Part shown: piece by piece, positions 26,201 through 39,324 of the stretch | Numbering within the stretch: position 1 is the first letter of the stretch | Layout: each line of letters opens with the position of its first letter | NCBI GenBank assembly: GCA_023213395.1 | Contig: CM041465.1 | Location: 129,401,741 to 129,465,740 of the forward strand | DNA length: 64,000 bases | Source of the DNA: Cycas panzhihuaensis | Lineage: Eukaryota > Plantae > Cycadophyta | Reading direction: 5' to 3' | The notes under the pieces: generated by a model | Told to the model about the DNA's origin: nothing | Seen by the model: only the letters and a program-made list of their open reading frames with translations | Databases searched by the model: none | Program-made: the position numbers and the translations under genes

Positions 26201-28553
26201 TATTTGATTGACCTATCAGTGTTCTTCTCAACTAGAGCCTTGAACTGCTTAAACATACTAAAAACTCTAGATTTTTTTTTCAAAAAATAGACCCATACCT
26301 TTTTAGAGTAATCATCTATAAATATGATAAAGTATAATGATCCACCATAATATATTGTAGGGGTTGGGCCCCATACATCTAAATACATATAATCCAAAAT
26401 ACTTTTACTAATGTGACTCCTTACTTTAAACCTAAGTCTACACTACTTTCCAAAAATATAATGTTTACAAAAAGTTAAATCTGAAAGCTACAAGTTAGGA
26501 AGTAACTTATGGTTCATCAACGCCTTAAGTCCTCTCTTACTCATGTGCTTAAGTCTTTGATACCATATCTGAGTTAGATCTTTTGCAGTCTTTGATATTG
26601 TAGTTGTATGGCTAAAATCTATACTTTCTATCAAAATGTAAAGGTTCCCTTTCTTTAAGTCTTTCATAACAACTATGGTTCCCTTTGATACCTTCAAGAC
26701 TCCTTCATGACTTGTTTACTTATAACCACCAAAATCTAGTTCACCCAAGGAAATCAGATTCTTTTTTAGATCAAGTACATGTCTAACTTTAGTTAATATT
26801 CTTACTAAACCATCAAAAATTTTAATTTTGATACTACCAATGCCCATTGTCTTATAGGAAACTTCATTTCCCATAAGCACATCACCACCAACAAGAGGTT
26901 AGTATGATGAAAACCAACTCTTATGTAAACACATGTGGTGTGAAGCACCTAAATCTAATAGCTAGTCATGATGATAATGGGAAATATTATAAGTAACCAA
27001 GACATCATCATCCACACCTTGATTTGACTCTACCTAATTAGCCTCCTTGCCATGATTTTCCTTTTTCTAGAACTCCTTCGTTTTATAGCAATCCTTCTTG
27101 AGGTGACTTGTCTTATTGTAGTGCCAACATCTAAGCTTACTCTTCTTGCCTTTTGACTTTGACCTCAATGTATCCCTAGAGCTTTATCCTCTCTCAATCG
27201 TTCTACCCATTATTGTCATTGCTTTTGATGTAGAGGTTTCAAGACTAGACTTCCTCCTCACCTCTTCCATCAATAAAGCACTCATAATAGAATCATAGTC
27301 TAATTCATCTATAGTATTAAAACTAATTGAGGTGACAATATTATCCCAAGATTCTGGCAATGAACATAATAAGGTAATAGCTTTGTCCTCATCCTTAATC
27401 GTAACATTGATACTAGCCAAATGATAAATAAGAGTATTAAAAATATTTAAATGATTAGTAATTTTTGTACCTCCCTTCATCCACAATGAGTACAACTACC
27501 TCTTTAAATAGATTTAATTTGTCATTGATTTGGTCATGTACAAGCCTTCCAATGAGGTCTATAATTTTGTTATTATCTTTTCCTCTATGATGTTAAATAG
27601 AACTTTTTCTACCAAGAATAATCATATTGTGCTAAGAGCCCTTTTGTCCAAATCATCCCATTCATCATTGTTCATCCCTATGGATTTCTTTGATTTGCCT
27701 ATAAGAGCCCTGTACAATCCCTATTATACCAGAACATCATATGCTTTCAACTTCCATAACTCAAAGTTATTCTTGCCATTGAATTTCTCCACCTTGAATT
27801 TTGCATTCACCAATTTTTCCATTTGGTATAGAAAAAACTAACATTAAAACTTTCACAAACTCATTGCAAAAATAGAAGTAGCTCTTATACCACTTGTTGA
27901 GAAAACTAGGTCCTAATAACCAAAAATTGCTACCAAGATCTAAACTATTTTGTAACTAGTTATAGGAATTGAAACTAAAATTTAGCGTATAAGTTCTTAA
28001 GATGAAGATAATATAATAAATAAATCAAAAATCTAAAGCATCATAAATATGTTAGATATAATATGGAAAAACCCTAGCAGTGTGTTAGGAAACATCCACA
28101 CAAGAAAAGTATTGATTTTTATTATCCAAGAATAGAGAAATATATATAATCTGTAACAAAATGCTCATAACAATAACAACCAGCCATCTGTACTCCTCAC
28201 AGTACATGTAATACATTGAATACCATCAACATAATGAAAAAAAATACCCTAAATTGGGCTATATAAGAGAGTCATATAAGGCATAAATTTCAACCATCAA
28301 ATCTAAGGTATTTTGAATGAACAATCCCAATTCTCTTTACAAGTTAGTATGTTTTGCAATGCTAACTTTTTGGGTTGGGGACTACTACCCCTAAACCCTC
28401 TCTTTATGGAGGGGTTTTAGTGTCCCCTGCACCCCCTGGCCAAGGCGAGCTCCTTTTCCCCTTGGATCCCCCCATGGAAGTTAAAGGAGGAAACCATGCT
28501 ACCAACTTATCAAATTTTTTGCCTCCAAAATATTGTTGTTACATTATCTAACA
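23217..28553 (-). mobile_element. Full-length degenerate Tnt1-like Copia (element C) nested in Copia B RT
   Basis: LTRs at 23217-23856 and 27895-28553. TSD AAGAC/AAGAT. PBS at 27881-27892. gag (KVEKFNGKNNFELWK; LLCSLPESW), integrase (DVWGP; RTNNGGEF), RT (CKWVFKKK..RLVAKGFTQ; VPYASAI). Confidence 0.95.
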
Positions 28554-29069
28554 AAGATATCTAAGATCTATTATGTCCTAAATAGGCCTTTGTAGTTACA
28601 ATAGTCTTACTATAATTTCCTATGAGAACAAGGTCATCAACATATAACACAACAACTATTGTAGTTCTACTCTTTTAAATATAAAGACTTGACTTTAATT
28701 CTATTATCATAAAATCATCTTCCTTTAATATAGCATCATTCTTATCAAACTAAGCATATGGTGCTTATTTTAGGCCATAGAGAGATTTCTTTAAGTGGCA
28801 CACCAAATACACCTAACCTTCCTTTATAAAACCAAGAGGTTAATCCAAGTGGATCTCCTCTTTCAAGTCTCCATTAAGGGATGTTAATTCTATGTATGTT
28901 TTATGTAACTTCTAACTAAACATAGCTACCAAAGCAAGGATCAATCAAATCATTTAAATCATGGAGATTAGTACAAATGTCTTCTCATAATTGATTCCTT
29001 CTTTCTATTTGAAATCCTGTGCAATAAGTCTAGCCTTATACTTGTCTATCTCTCTATTAAAGTGATACT

Positions 29070-31946
29070 TATAGAATATTGGAGATGAGAGTGGAGGAGA
29101 TAAATGTAAGTATTTAATCCATATTAAAAATTAAAATCATTTCATATTCAATTCATTGTGAAGAGTATATTAAATATTTCCTTTGAGAGATGGTGTTGGA
29201 GAACACCTGGGGTTTTAGCCCTAAAGAATAAATATATGGGAGGAGGGCAAGAGTCCTCCTCAACCTGAAATTTAAAATATAATAAAATAATAACAAACAT
29301 AATAAAATAATCTCACTTAATGGTTAGGGATAGCTCACATGGTCTGAATGCAAGGTTAGGTGATGAGCATCAATCTAACATTCTCCTCCTTAATGGTCAT
29401 CATGTGCAACTTCAACTTCTCTTTGAACTTATAATACTTATATTTGAGGAAAACTTTGAATACTTATTCTTTATCTTTATCATCATTCGTGAAGTGATCA
29501 ACTTATATTATCATCCTTTCAGTAATGTGTGTCTCTATAATATTATATGGTTCAAGTGGCTTTTAAGTAGATGTGGCTTAATTAAAATGAGTAGGAGTGG
29601 CTTTATCCTTGTCTTTTCTATTAATCAGGTTCAAGGTACATACAACTTCATCAAATGTAACATTAGAGTCATCAACTTTATTGAAGTTTTCACTAGTACA
29701 TGCAATATTAGTCTTCTCATCAAAGTTCACTTGCTTTAACATTTCTCTCACATGAAAAATATTATCAATATAATTAGTAACATTTAATTCCAAAGTATCT
29801 CCCCCATAAATTAATTATAGGGTATCCTATAAAGATTTGGAAGTAGTTAACTCACTTATCCTAGAAAATATATTGTCATCTATTGCATAAAATATTAGGG
29901 CTAAGGCCTCATTGTCCTTTTTTATGTCTTCTATAACACTTAGTTCATAACTATCTTTTACAAAATCCCTTAAATTTTTGAAGATAAGGAGTATTTTCAT
30001 CAATTTTTTCCAAGATAAAAAACTAGTGCCATTAAACATAGGAATCATCATATCATCCATATAGGTAGCCATTATAAGAGACTTTAATACATAATAAAAA
30101 CTGATGGTCTTAAAGAGAAAATAAGAAGTATTTTAACCTTAAATTAATAAATTATTTGAAATATGCAATAATTTTATTTTCACAAGAACTTTCAATCACG
30201 GTTTCAACATAGATTCATCTTTAATTGATGAAGGATAATAACATAACAATAAAGAATATATCTCTTCAAATTTAGAATAACAATTAAATCTATAATATGC
30301 AATAAATCTCCTTTAAAATAAGATTAATGTTGTTTTGTAATAAAACTAATATTCAATCAATGATCTTTTTAGAAGGTGATATATGTATGAATCTTAAAGA
30401 AACAAAAACCTAACAATAAGCTTATAGTTATGCACTATAATGCACCTTTGAGCTTTCAAATGTAATGACATTAAATCAACTTGAATATACTTTTTACTAG
30501 TGAGTCAAAAAAAAAACTTAAAATATATATAATTTTTTAAATAAATTCCCTTTTAATCAATGAGAATATAACTTAGTAATGAACAATACTCTTTGCATAA
30601 CAAGCTTCTATAAGAATTCAAATAAGTTTTAGAATGAATGTAGTGATTTTTTTTTAATGGTCTAAATGTAACTTGAAAAGCTATAAAGAGGTAAAAACAT
30701 TGTGAATAAGCAAAATATATGCCTTAACAAAGTTTTAAAATCAACTCTATAAGCTAGAATATAAGATGGCAGCTTTATAATAGAGTTAGAAGGGATTTGA
30801 ATATATCAATTTGATGCTTTTATTCTCAAAAAGGCTCCTTCTCTTTAGAAGGCTAAAATAGACTTAAATGGCTTGAAGAATCAAGTTGTGAGCCTCTAAA
30901 ATTGGAAAAAAAAAACTATCAACACCTAATTAGTAACTCAATAATAAATAAACATGCTGAATTAGAATTAAAAAATTGCTTGAAATATTTAAAAAATAGG
31001 TTAACTTAGGACCAAATAAAAGTCTTAACTATATTAGCTTCAAAACCCTACAAAACAATGTTAGATCTTATTAAAACCTATTTTAATGCATAGAGAATCA
31101 AAAAATATTTCTGACGAATCTAGTTGTTTGAAAAACAGGCTCCTGGATCAAAAGTTATGACTATTTTAAGAACTTTACCACTAAGGTTTCTAAAGACTAT
31201 AATAGTACCTAGTGGTAAAATACTAATAACATTTTACTCTAACCTATGATTGACCTTAAACTACTTCCATTGGAAAGGAAATTCAAAAACTCATAGAATC
31301 AAAAAAAAATTGAGGTTAATTGGATAAATATAGCCATAGTTATGGCTCTTTGAAGTTGAGGTTACAAAATTATTCCAAAAATATAATGACAGAAAAGTAG
31401 GTTGAAAATAAATATACTATAATTTCTATAACTTTTTGCCAAAACCAGAACTATAGCCACCCAAATTTTATGGAATGAGTCTTTTTGTCTTAAATTCTCT
31501 ATTGATTCTTTAAAAATATTTTGATTTTACTCTTGATGAATAAAACTTCCATATGCCAAAAACTCTCAAAAAAACATTTGGCCAAAAAATAGATCCTTAA
31601 CTCTTGTATGAATTGAAAATGGCTCTGATACCAAATGTAGAATATTAGAGATGAGTGTGGAGCTGATAAATGCAAGTATTTAGTCTATATTAAAAAGCAA
31701 AATTATTTCATATTCAATCCATTATGAAGAGTACATTAAATATTTCATTTGAGAGGTGGTGTTGAAGAACACTTAGGGTTTTGGCCCCAAAGAATAAATA
31801 TGTGAGAGGAGGGAGAGAGCCCTCCTCAACCTAAAATTTGAAATATAATAAAATAATAATAAACATAATAAAATAATCTTACCTGGTGGCTAGGGGTGGC
31901 TCACATAGTCCCAATGCAAGGTTAGGTGATGAGCATTAACCTAATA
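29070..31946 (-). mobile_element. Gag-only non-autonomous LTR element (TR-GAG-like, element D) nested in Copia B RT
   Basis: 311-bp LTRs at 29070-29380 and 31636-31946. TSD ATACT. PBS at 31621-31633. PPT at 29381-29392. Only a gag remnant (30072 to ~29400: IPMFNGTSFLSWKK..KKDNEALALIFYAIDDNIFSRI); no pol. Confidence 0.9.
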
Positions 31947-34900
31947 ATACTTTGTCTTATAGACCCACTTGTAATCGAGCAGGTTCTTGGATGGAGGTAA
32001 GGCAACCAAATCCGATATATCATTCTTCATTATCAAATTATACTCCTCATCCATTATAGCTCTCCATCACAAATCTTCTTTCACTTCCTTATATAAAATA
32101 GGATTGATAAAATCATTGGAGTCCACCACCAAAGTTTAACTAATATACTAACTCCTTGTTCTCCATCCATCTTCAAGATCTTCAATCATCATATTGGAGT
32201 CCTTAATAGTCCTCCTAGCCCATAATTAAACATAGGGTGTTATTTGTACCTCTACTTGTAATTGTGTCTTATCATTACTCCCAGTAGGTCATTTCTATTT
32301 TTGACATAATATTAGGCTCATTAACCTTTACACCTATTAAAACATGACTCAGAAAGGGAAGAAGTGGAGGATAAAAGGTATCATCATATGACATCTTATC
32401 ATGGTACATCGACTCATTAAACTTAATATTTTGACTAACTAAAAGTTTCTTTCGCTATGGATCCCAAAGTCTGCAAGCCTTATTCTCTTGCGATTACCCC
32501 ACAAAAATGCACTTCAAACTTTTATGATCCAATTTATTTTGATGTGTGTTAGGGATGTATATATATGTGATGCATGCAAATACCTTAAAATAGCTAATGG
32601 AAGCTTTTTGACATATCCAATATTCTTTGGGGGTAATGCCATAAATAGTGTTAGTAAGGAGCCTATTCAAAATGTAAACAACTGTTGTAATAACTTCTTC
32701 CCAAAATATAGGAGGTAGATTATTAGCATGCACCATATACCTCGCCATCTCTATCATAGTATGGTTCTTCCTTTTTGCAACACTATTTTTTTGTAGAGTA
32801 TATGGGATAGTCAACACTTATTTGATACCATAATTAAGGCAAAACTAATTAAATGTATTATTGTTATACTCCTTTCTATTATTATTCCTTAAAATCTTTA
32901 TTTTCTTATCACACTCATTTTCAACACTAACTTTCCATTCACAAAATATATCAAACACATCAGACTTATTCTTCAAAAATACTACCTAGGCTTTTTTAAT
33001 ATAATCATCTATAAACATAAGGATAAATTGAGCACCAGAAATAGAAGGATTTAATAGAGGACCCATCAAATTAATATGGACAAGTTCTAACTTCTCTTTT
33101 ACTCTCCATGTAGTATCCCTAGCAAATGGATAACGATGGTGCTTTTCGTACATACATCATTCATAAACACACTTTAAACATTGGGCATGTGGCAACCTTA
33201 CCACCATCTTCAATCTAGTTATTAGGTTTATGCTTCTATAGTTAAAATGACCCAAGCACTCATGCCATAACTTACTCATATCATCAACACTAACAACAAA
33301 AGAATAAGAATCTTGTTCTGCTCTAAATTTTTTAAATACCCAAAAGTTATCTTACACTCTCCTAGTAGCAATAATAGAAAAGTTCTTCTTAGGATTCTTA
33401 ACTATGCATCTATTATTGTAGATCTCAATTTTCATATCTTACTTACAGATTTCTTAGGCAGAAAGAAGATTAAACTTTATCTTAGGCACATAGTAAATAC
33501 CATTGAACTTACCTCCAAGTGAAATAGAAACACCACCTTTTACAAGAAAAGCATGAGCATCTCTAAGAATCATGTTAGTATCACTTGTACCTACATCTAT
33601 AGCATCATAGTTTTGCTTCTAAAAGGTGATGTGTCTCTATGCACCAAAATCTAGGATCCAATAGTCTTTTTTATTTGACTCAAATGACAACATTGATACC
33701 CTAATATAATGTGTCACTATACTTTTTCCCTTATTATCTTAGCTAACCTTGTGCTTATCGTACTTTTGAAACCAATAATTCTTTTCTTCATGGTTTTATT
33801 TCTTGCAGTAATTACACTTACCAATAAACTTCTTCTTCTTCCAAGAGGTCTCACTTGTTTTTTGTGTAAACTTCCCCTCCTCAACTATATCCTTTCTTTG
33901 TGTATTCATGACCAAAGCCTAATTTAAACTACAACCAGTAAGCATTCTATGATGCTTCAACTTGGTATTGTCTATTAGAATAAAGTTTTTCAATGATTTA
34001 AATAATTCACCTTCCATGACTTTATCTCTTGCATAAATAGTTTGGAAGGTTCCAAATGTAACATGCAACTTTGACATAATAATGGCAAAAAATAAAGTAT
34101 CATTAATTGAGTTTGACTCCAATTCATTTAACCTATTCCTCAAATCAATGATTTTATTTAGGTAAGAACTAGTGTTATTCTCATATTCAACCTTAGAATT
34201 CAACAATTCCATCATAAGAGTAATACAACGATTCGTTTTCTTCTTTCTAAACATCTCATATAGCTTAGTCTAGATCTCATGTGGGAATTCATCATTGTGA
34301 ACTAAAGCTTTCTGCTTTGGGGCTAAAGATAACATAAGTAACCATATAGCTATGAATTATTTTTCCTCAACATGCATACATTCTTTCTTATCTAAGACAA
34401 TATTTAATGATTTAGATTTGGTAATCCCCTAAAGTTGGTTAACCATAAGGACTATTTCCATATTTGCCTTCTATTCATTAAAGTTATTCCCATTAAAATT
34501 AACCAATATTACCAAATTCTCCATAACTTTAAAAATGACAAATATATAACCCTAAACCAACCTTCGATTGGCTATATTCCCTTAAACTATATTATGTTCA
34601 ATCACCCAAATTTTAAAGGTTCACCAAATTGATAACTACTTAAAAAATAAGCCAATAGTTTGTTGAATGGAAGAACAAATTTGAACTCTTCACTTTACAA
34701 GTCTGATTTTAAACACTACTATAAAATTAAAATAAAACACCACTCTTGAATCAATGTAACATGAATGGAATGATTAACAAAACCTCTATTTGCCCAAGTT
34801 ACTCATGCATCTCTTATCTCAATAACACACCCTTTTATCAGTCAATGAAAAATGCACTAAAGAAGTCTCATGCAATAATCACTAATATTTTCAACAAAGA

Positions 34901-35539
34901 ATACCTAAAACACATCACAAGGCACATATGCTTATAAAATATATACGTCCACTTGTACAAAATGTTGTATCACATCCAATAATCTCAAAAGGGTGACTTA
35001 ATATATCAAAGTCCACTTAAAACAATTGAAAACTAAAGGGCACTTAATATATTAATTCAACCTTAATATGAGTTTGATAAAAGGATGACATATATCAAAG
35101 GCAATTTAGTACAAAGCAAATGTGATCAATATATTTCATGCATGGGTCAATATTAAACTAGCATATTATGTTCACAAAAAAGGTGATTCATAAACAGGTA
35201 ATATTACTGAAGAAAGGATGATCAAATATGTTATAGGAATACCTCGATGAAGTCGTAATTTATCAAGGTGGCCTATGACTTGGCAAACCTCCATACAGAC
35301 TGTAATTTTATCTTCACTATGAATCACTATATAACTCATGCATATCATGCGTCTCTTCCATTATGTTATGTGACTTCTTCACGGCATGTTCTATGACCTA
35401 TGCAATCAAAATATGACCTGCTTCTATGAGTTGTGGTAATAAACAAGACACAAACTACATCTCTTTCCATTTCTCGGTTGCTTTATTATGTCTTCCATAA
35501 TCACAACATTAGTACAATGCATGCACATAGTGATCATGA

Positions 35540-37049
35540 GATATGGAAAGTAGCTAGATTCTTGAGATGCTTCATTAAGAGATATGTAAGATTTACAACA
35601 TCCTTAATAGACTTCACTAAGAAGGAAGCTTTCATATGGCACAATTTAGCAAACTAAGCCTTCTAAGATTTAAAAAATACCATGGTCATGGATCTTGTAT
35701 TAGCCTTGCTAAATTTGAGTGATTTATTTATTTTCAAATGTGATGCTTTCAAAGTCAAATTAAGAGTAGTTCTTCTCCAAAATGTTTGACCCATAACATA
35801 TGAAAATTAGAAGCTTAATTTAAGGAAATGATTGAAATAATTATGTGACAAGGAAATGTTGGTAATTATGCATGTTATCGACTAATGGAAGCAATATTTA
35901 TTTGGGAGAAAATTCCTAATCAAAACAAATCATCATAGTCTCGAAATAGGTAAGCAAGCTCTAATATTTTAATTTTGATATTGTTTATAAAAAAGGGAAG
36001 AAGAAGATCATCACAAATGCACTTTTTACAATTCTAGAATAAATAACACTTAAAGTTATTTAAATGGTTAACCTAAAATGGGCACATAAGTTGGCATAAG
36101 AATATAAGGAGGATCTATTACCATAATAAATAATTTCAAATTTTCAAATTGTAGTATAAGCCAATTATGAATTCTAGAAGCATTCATAATTACATTAAAG
36201 AAAAAGTTTTGTTCCATAGACATCTATATAAAGGAGAAGTTCTTATAAGAAGCTCATGTAACACCATTGTTAGAACATATGGACATAGACAAAGCATACT
36301 ACTAGGTTTTAAGTATATTTTTTTAGAAGGTATTAAAAGTATCTGTCTACAAATTCACATCTGAATGTAATATGTGTTAAAGGAAAAAAAGTAAAAATAT
36401 CAAAATTTTAGGATTACTTAAACCACTACATATGCCAGAACATAAATGATAGGAGATATCAATGGATTTTATCATGGGATTATCCAAATCAAAGGGAAAA
36501 TAAAGAATTGTCACTCTAGGTAAATTTGTGAATATTTGATCAAGTGGAAAATTCTTGATCAAGAAGATGCCACATGAGAGTTTAAATATTGATACCAATA
36601 ACATTCTCACATCCCAATGCTTTTAGGGCAAAGCATTTTTTCAAGGGGAGGGACTTATAGCATTTTTATTAGAATGGTGGCTAACCCTACATTAAATCTA
36701 ACCTCTTACTTCCTATTATAGTCTTTTCCTTAAAAAACTATCTTCTTATGTTAAAAACCAATTTTTATTATTATCATTTATTTGCACTTATATATAGGAC
36801 ATCAAACTGCCTTTTGTATCATCATTGGAAGATATTCAAAACTATCATTTTTGGCTCCTAATTAGAGACTAAAACTAGTGGAAACCTTACCTCAAAGAGA
36901 GGTCTTTACATAAGAATCAATATTTGATATTTTTATTTGATACTAATTTATTTATAAGGTTTACTTATAATTGGTATATTTCTAGAATTTCCTTTTAGAT
37001 TTGTGCATTCATGGATCATTATTACTATTGTAAGTTACTTTTAAATAGC

Positions 37050-37050
<1 letters not shown>
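35540..37050 (+). mobile_element. Heavily deleted Ty3/Gypsy remnant with chromodomain and 3' LTR
   Basis: Fragments LIDFTKKEAFIW, KCDA, DKEMLVIMH, ISMDFIMGL, YLIKWK....EDAT(W)E. PPT aaggggaggga at ~36643-36653. Putative LTR 36656-37050. Confidence 0.75.

Positions 37051-37077
<27 letters not shown>
37050..37077. repeat. (TA)n microsatellite
   Basis: Direct. Confidence 0.95.
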
Positions 37078-37080
<3 letters not shown>

Positions 37081-37899
37081 ATTCTATTAATTTTAGTGTG
37101 AATTCCCACAAAAAATAAATGTGGGAAATATGAGTAGTCCTTAGGGACATATTAATCAAAAGATCGCCCAAGAAAGAATAGGTCTCAAAAATTATTTGGC
37201 ATGTATATATAAATAAACTATCATCTCATGCATAAATAAGCAGAAGTGGATGATGAAATGCAAAGGATATGTCTCAAAACTAAGTAACACACTCACATGC
37301 CTACACATCCTTAATAGTAATTAGAAATAATTCACCCCACATGCATAAACAAGATCTCACCACATATATAAACAAGGAGAACAAAATAATGGCATGTAGA
37401 TGAGAGGTCTCAAAACTAAGAAAAATACTCACAAGTCTACACATCTTGATAGGTATGCTTACTTATCATATTAATCAAATTGCCTACTTATTACTTATCC
37501 CCTTATATTATATGGTTTCTTTTTTTACATTAAATTTAATTTTTAATATGCATATTTTTTAATTGTAAAAACTAAAAATTTTTAATCATATTTGGTTTTA
37601 TTGAGAAATCTATGAAGATTTTTTATTTTCAACCTCATAGTCACACAGTATTGTCACATGACTAATAGGCTAATACGAAAAGGATCTTAGTCTATTTTTT
37701 CAGCACCTTACTAATTTGTATATGTGCTCGCCTTTTCAGACACTACTCAAGTATACGAAGAAGGATTTTAGAATTGGAAGAAGTTTCAAAAAGTTGATTT
37801 AAACCCTTTTAAAATAATAGGTCATATGACACATTTTAATGTTACTTTATAGCAAAAAAGTTAAGCTCAAATATTAAGTCATGGTTTAAATTATACCAT

Positions 37900-38980
37900 T
37901 TTTATGAGTCTCTTCATTATTTTAGGCACATTTATTCATTCTTGATGATTCCATATATGATGTATTATCAATGTACATGTATCCCAAATGGGGGAGAAAA
38001 TATAAAATTTATGTCATAATATTTATTTTTAGAATCTAGATAACCCAATTCTATAGAAAATTATCTAAAAAATTAAAGTCAAGAGAGAGTTATTTCCTAT
38101 ATTATTTTGAGTCATGTCTTATTTAAAGTCATTACATTTATATTGCCAAATTATTGTAAGCCAATAAGTCAATTTGTGAGGCTAAAAAGGCCTTTTTCTA
38201 TCTATTTTCTATACATTAGAGTCAATGACACATGTATTTTTTGTTATTTGATGTTGATGAAGCCACAATAGTCTCATTAAGAAAGAGGCGGGAATCTCAT
38301 TATGGTACTCTTGTATATATATTTTGTAGCACACCTATTTGGCCACATAATACAACATGTTCTTATAATGTTGTTGATGTGGTGTTGAATAAATATCCTA
38401 CCCAAAGTAGCTACCTAATAAATCGGTAGCTATAATGGCTAGTTACCTATGTAGAGTAGTAGATGGAACATCCTTCATATGGATGCTACTATGATTAAAT
38501 ATTATTAAATGTAGCTTGAGTTCTAACAACTTTGAATATCAAAATTTATATTTTAATCTCATATTTATCATTACTTAATTATATATCACAAGAGACGGGA
38601 ATGTTGGATAGTAATATCCAATTATATTACATGTAATACCAAACCCCTTACATACTCTCTCAATTATTATTAATTTTATATTATAATCACCTTAATATAT
38701 ATTCCATTCGGAATGTATGATAACACATAAATATTGAATTTTAGGGTTCTCTATTTAAGGTAAAATGAATTATAAATATATATATGATTCTTTGAATAAG
38801 ATAAAGTTTATTCATTCATCCATATACATTGTACTTCATGTGTATATATATATATATATTATCTCATTGTGTATTTCTTTCTTATTATTTACTCACCTCC
38901 TTGTTTATTTTCATGTCCTATTAGGTCTATTCATTGTCTTTAGCTTCCACATACTTTTACCTAACATCATGGTATCAAAG
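37900..38980 (+). mobile_element. A-related LTR element: 3' internal region, PPT, LTR (38602-38966), then a PBS (38970-38980)
   Basis: 37900-38600 resembles element A 15000-15710 (cccaaat..; gagagagttattt..ttttgagtca). Purine tract at 38591-38601. tgttggatagtaatatccaatta...ctaaca is followed by tggtatcaaag. Confidence 0.65.
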
Positions 38981-39324
38981 TTATATCAAACTTTTTGACA
39001 TATAGATCATTCCTAAAATCCAACATCAAGAAGGCATTTTTATCAAAATACTTGTAAAAATTCATATTTATAAGTAAAATTTTCATAACAAGAGGCCATG
39101 AAAAATATGAATAAATAAACTATTATAGAGAGTGTATAAATCTAGTTGATACTAAATGGGCCTTGTGATTTTTCTAATGTAAAAAAAAAAAAAAAAAGAT
39201 CCTTTATAAATTTAAACAATGTGATATATGAAATAGGTTTTAATACATACTAAATAATTTTCATTTATCTATATATTTTCTTGATACTAAAAATATTTAT
39301 GATTGATATAAATATAGAAGGTAT

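Larger units (their letters stand above)
21978..35200 (-). mobile_element. Copia B (related to element 1), host of elements C and D; 5' LTR not found
   Basis: 3' LTR at 21978-22287 and PPT at 22288-22296. RNase H/RT at 22300-23216, 28554-29069 and 31947-32150; integrase at 32494-33100; gag at 33919-34450. Reading frames rejoin across the C and D insertion sites (DLR.LHYFLGI; VYKTKY/HFN.EIDKYKARL). Right boundary is approximate. Confidence 0.85.

Noticed and set aside
29320-29739. 139-aa hydrophobic plus-strand ORF
   Set aside because: Antisense to the decayed gag and LTR of element D; the composition reflects AT richness, with no support for an env-like gene
37180-37452. Imperfect repeats (gtctcaaaactaag...ctacacatc) as a CRISPR-like array
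   Set aside because: Only two or three degenerate units with irregular spacing in a eukaryotic context; an ordinary decayed local repeat
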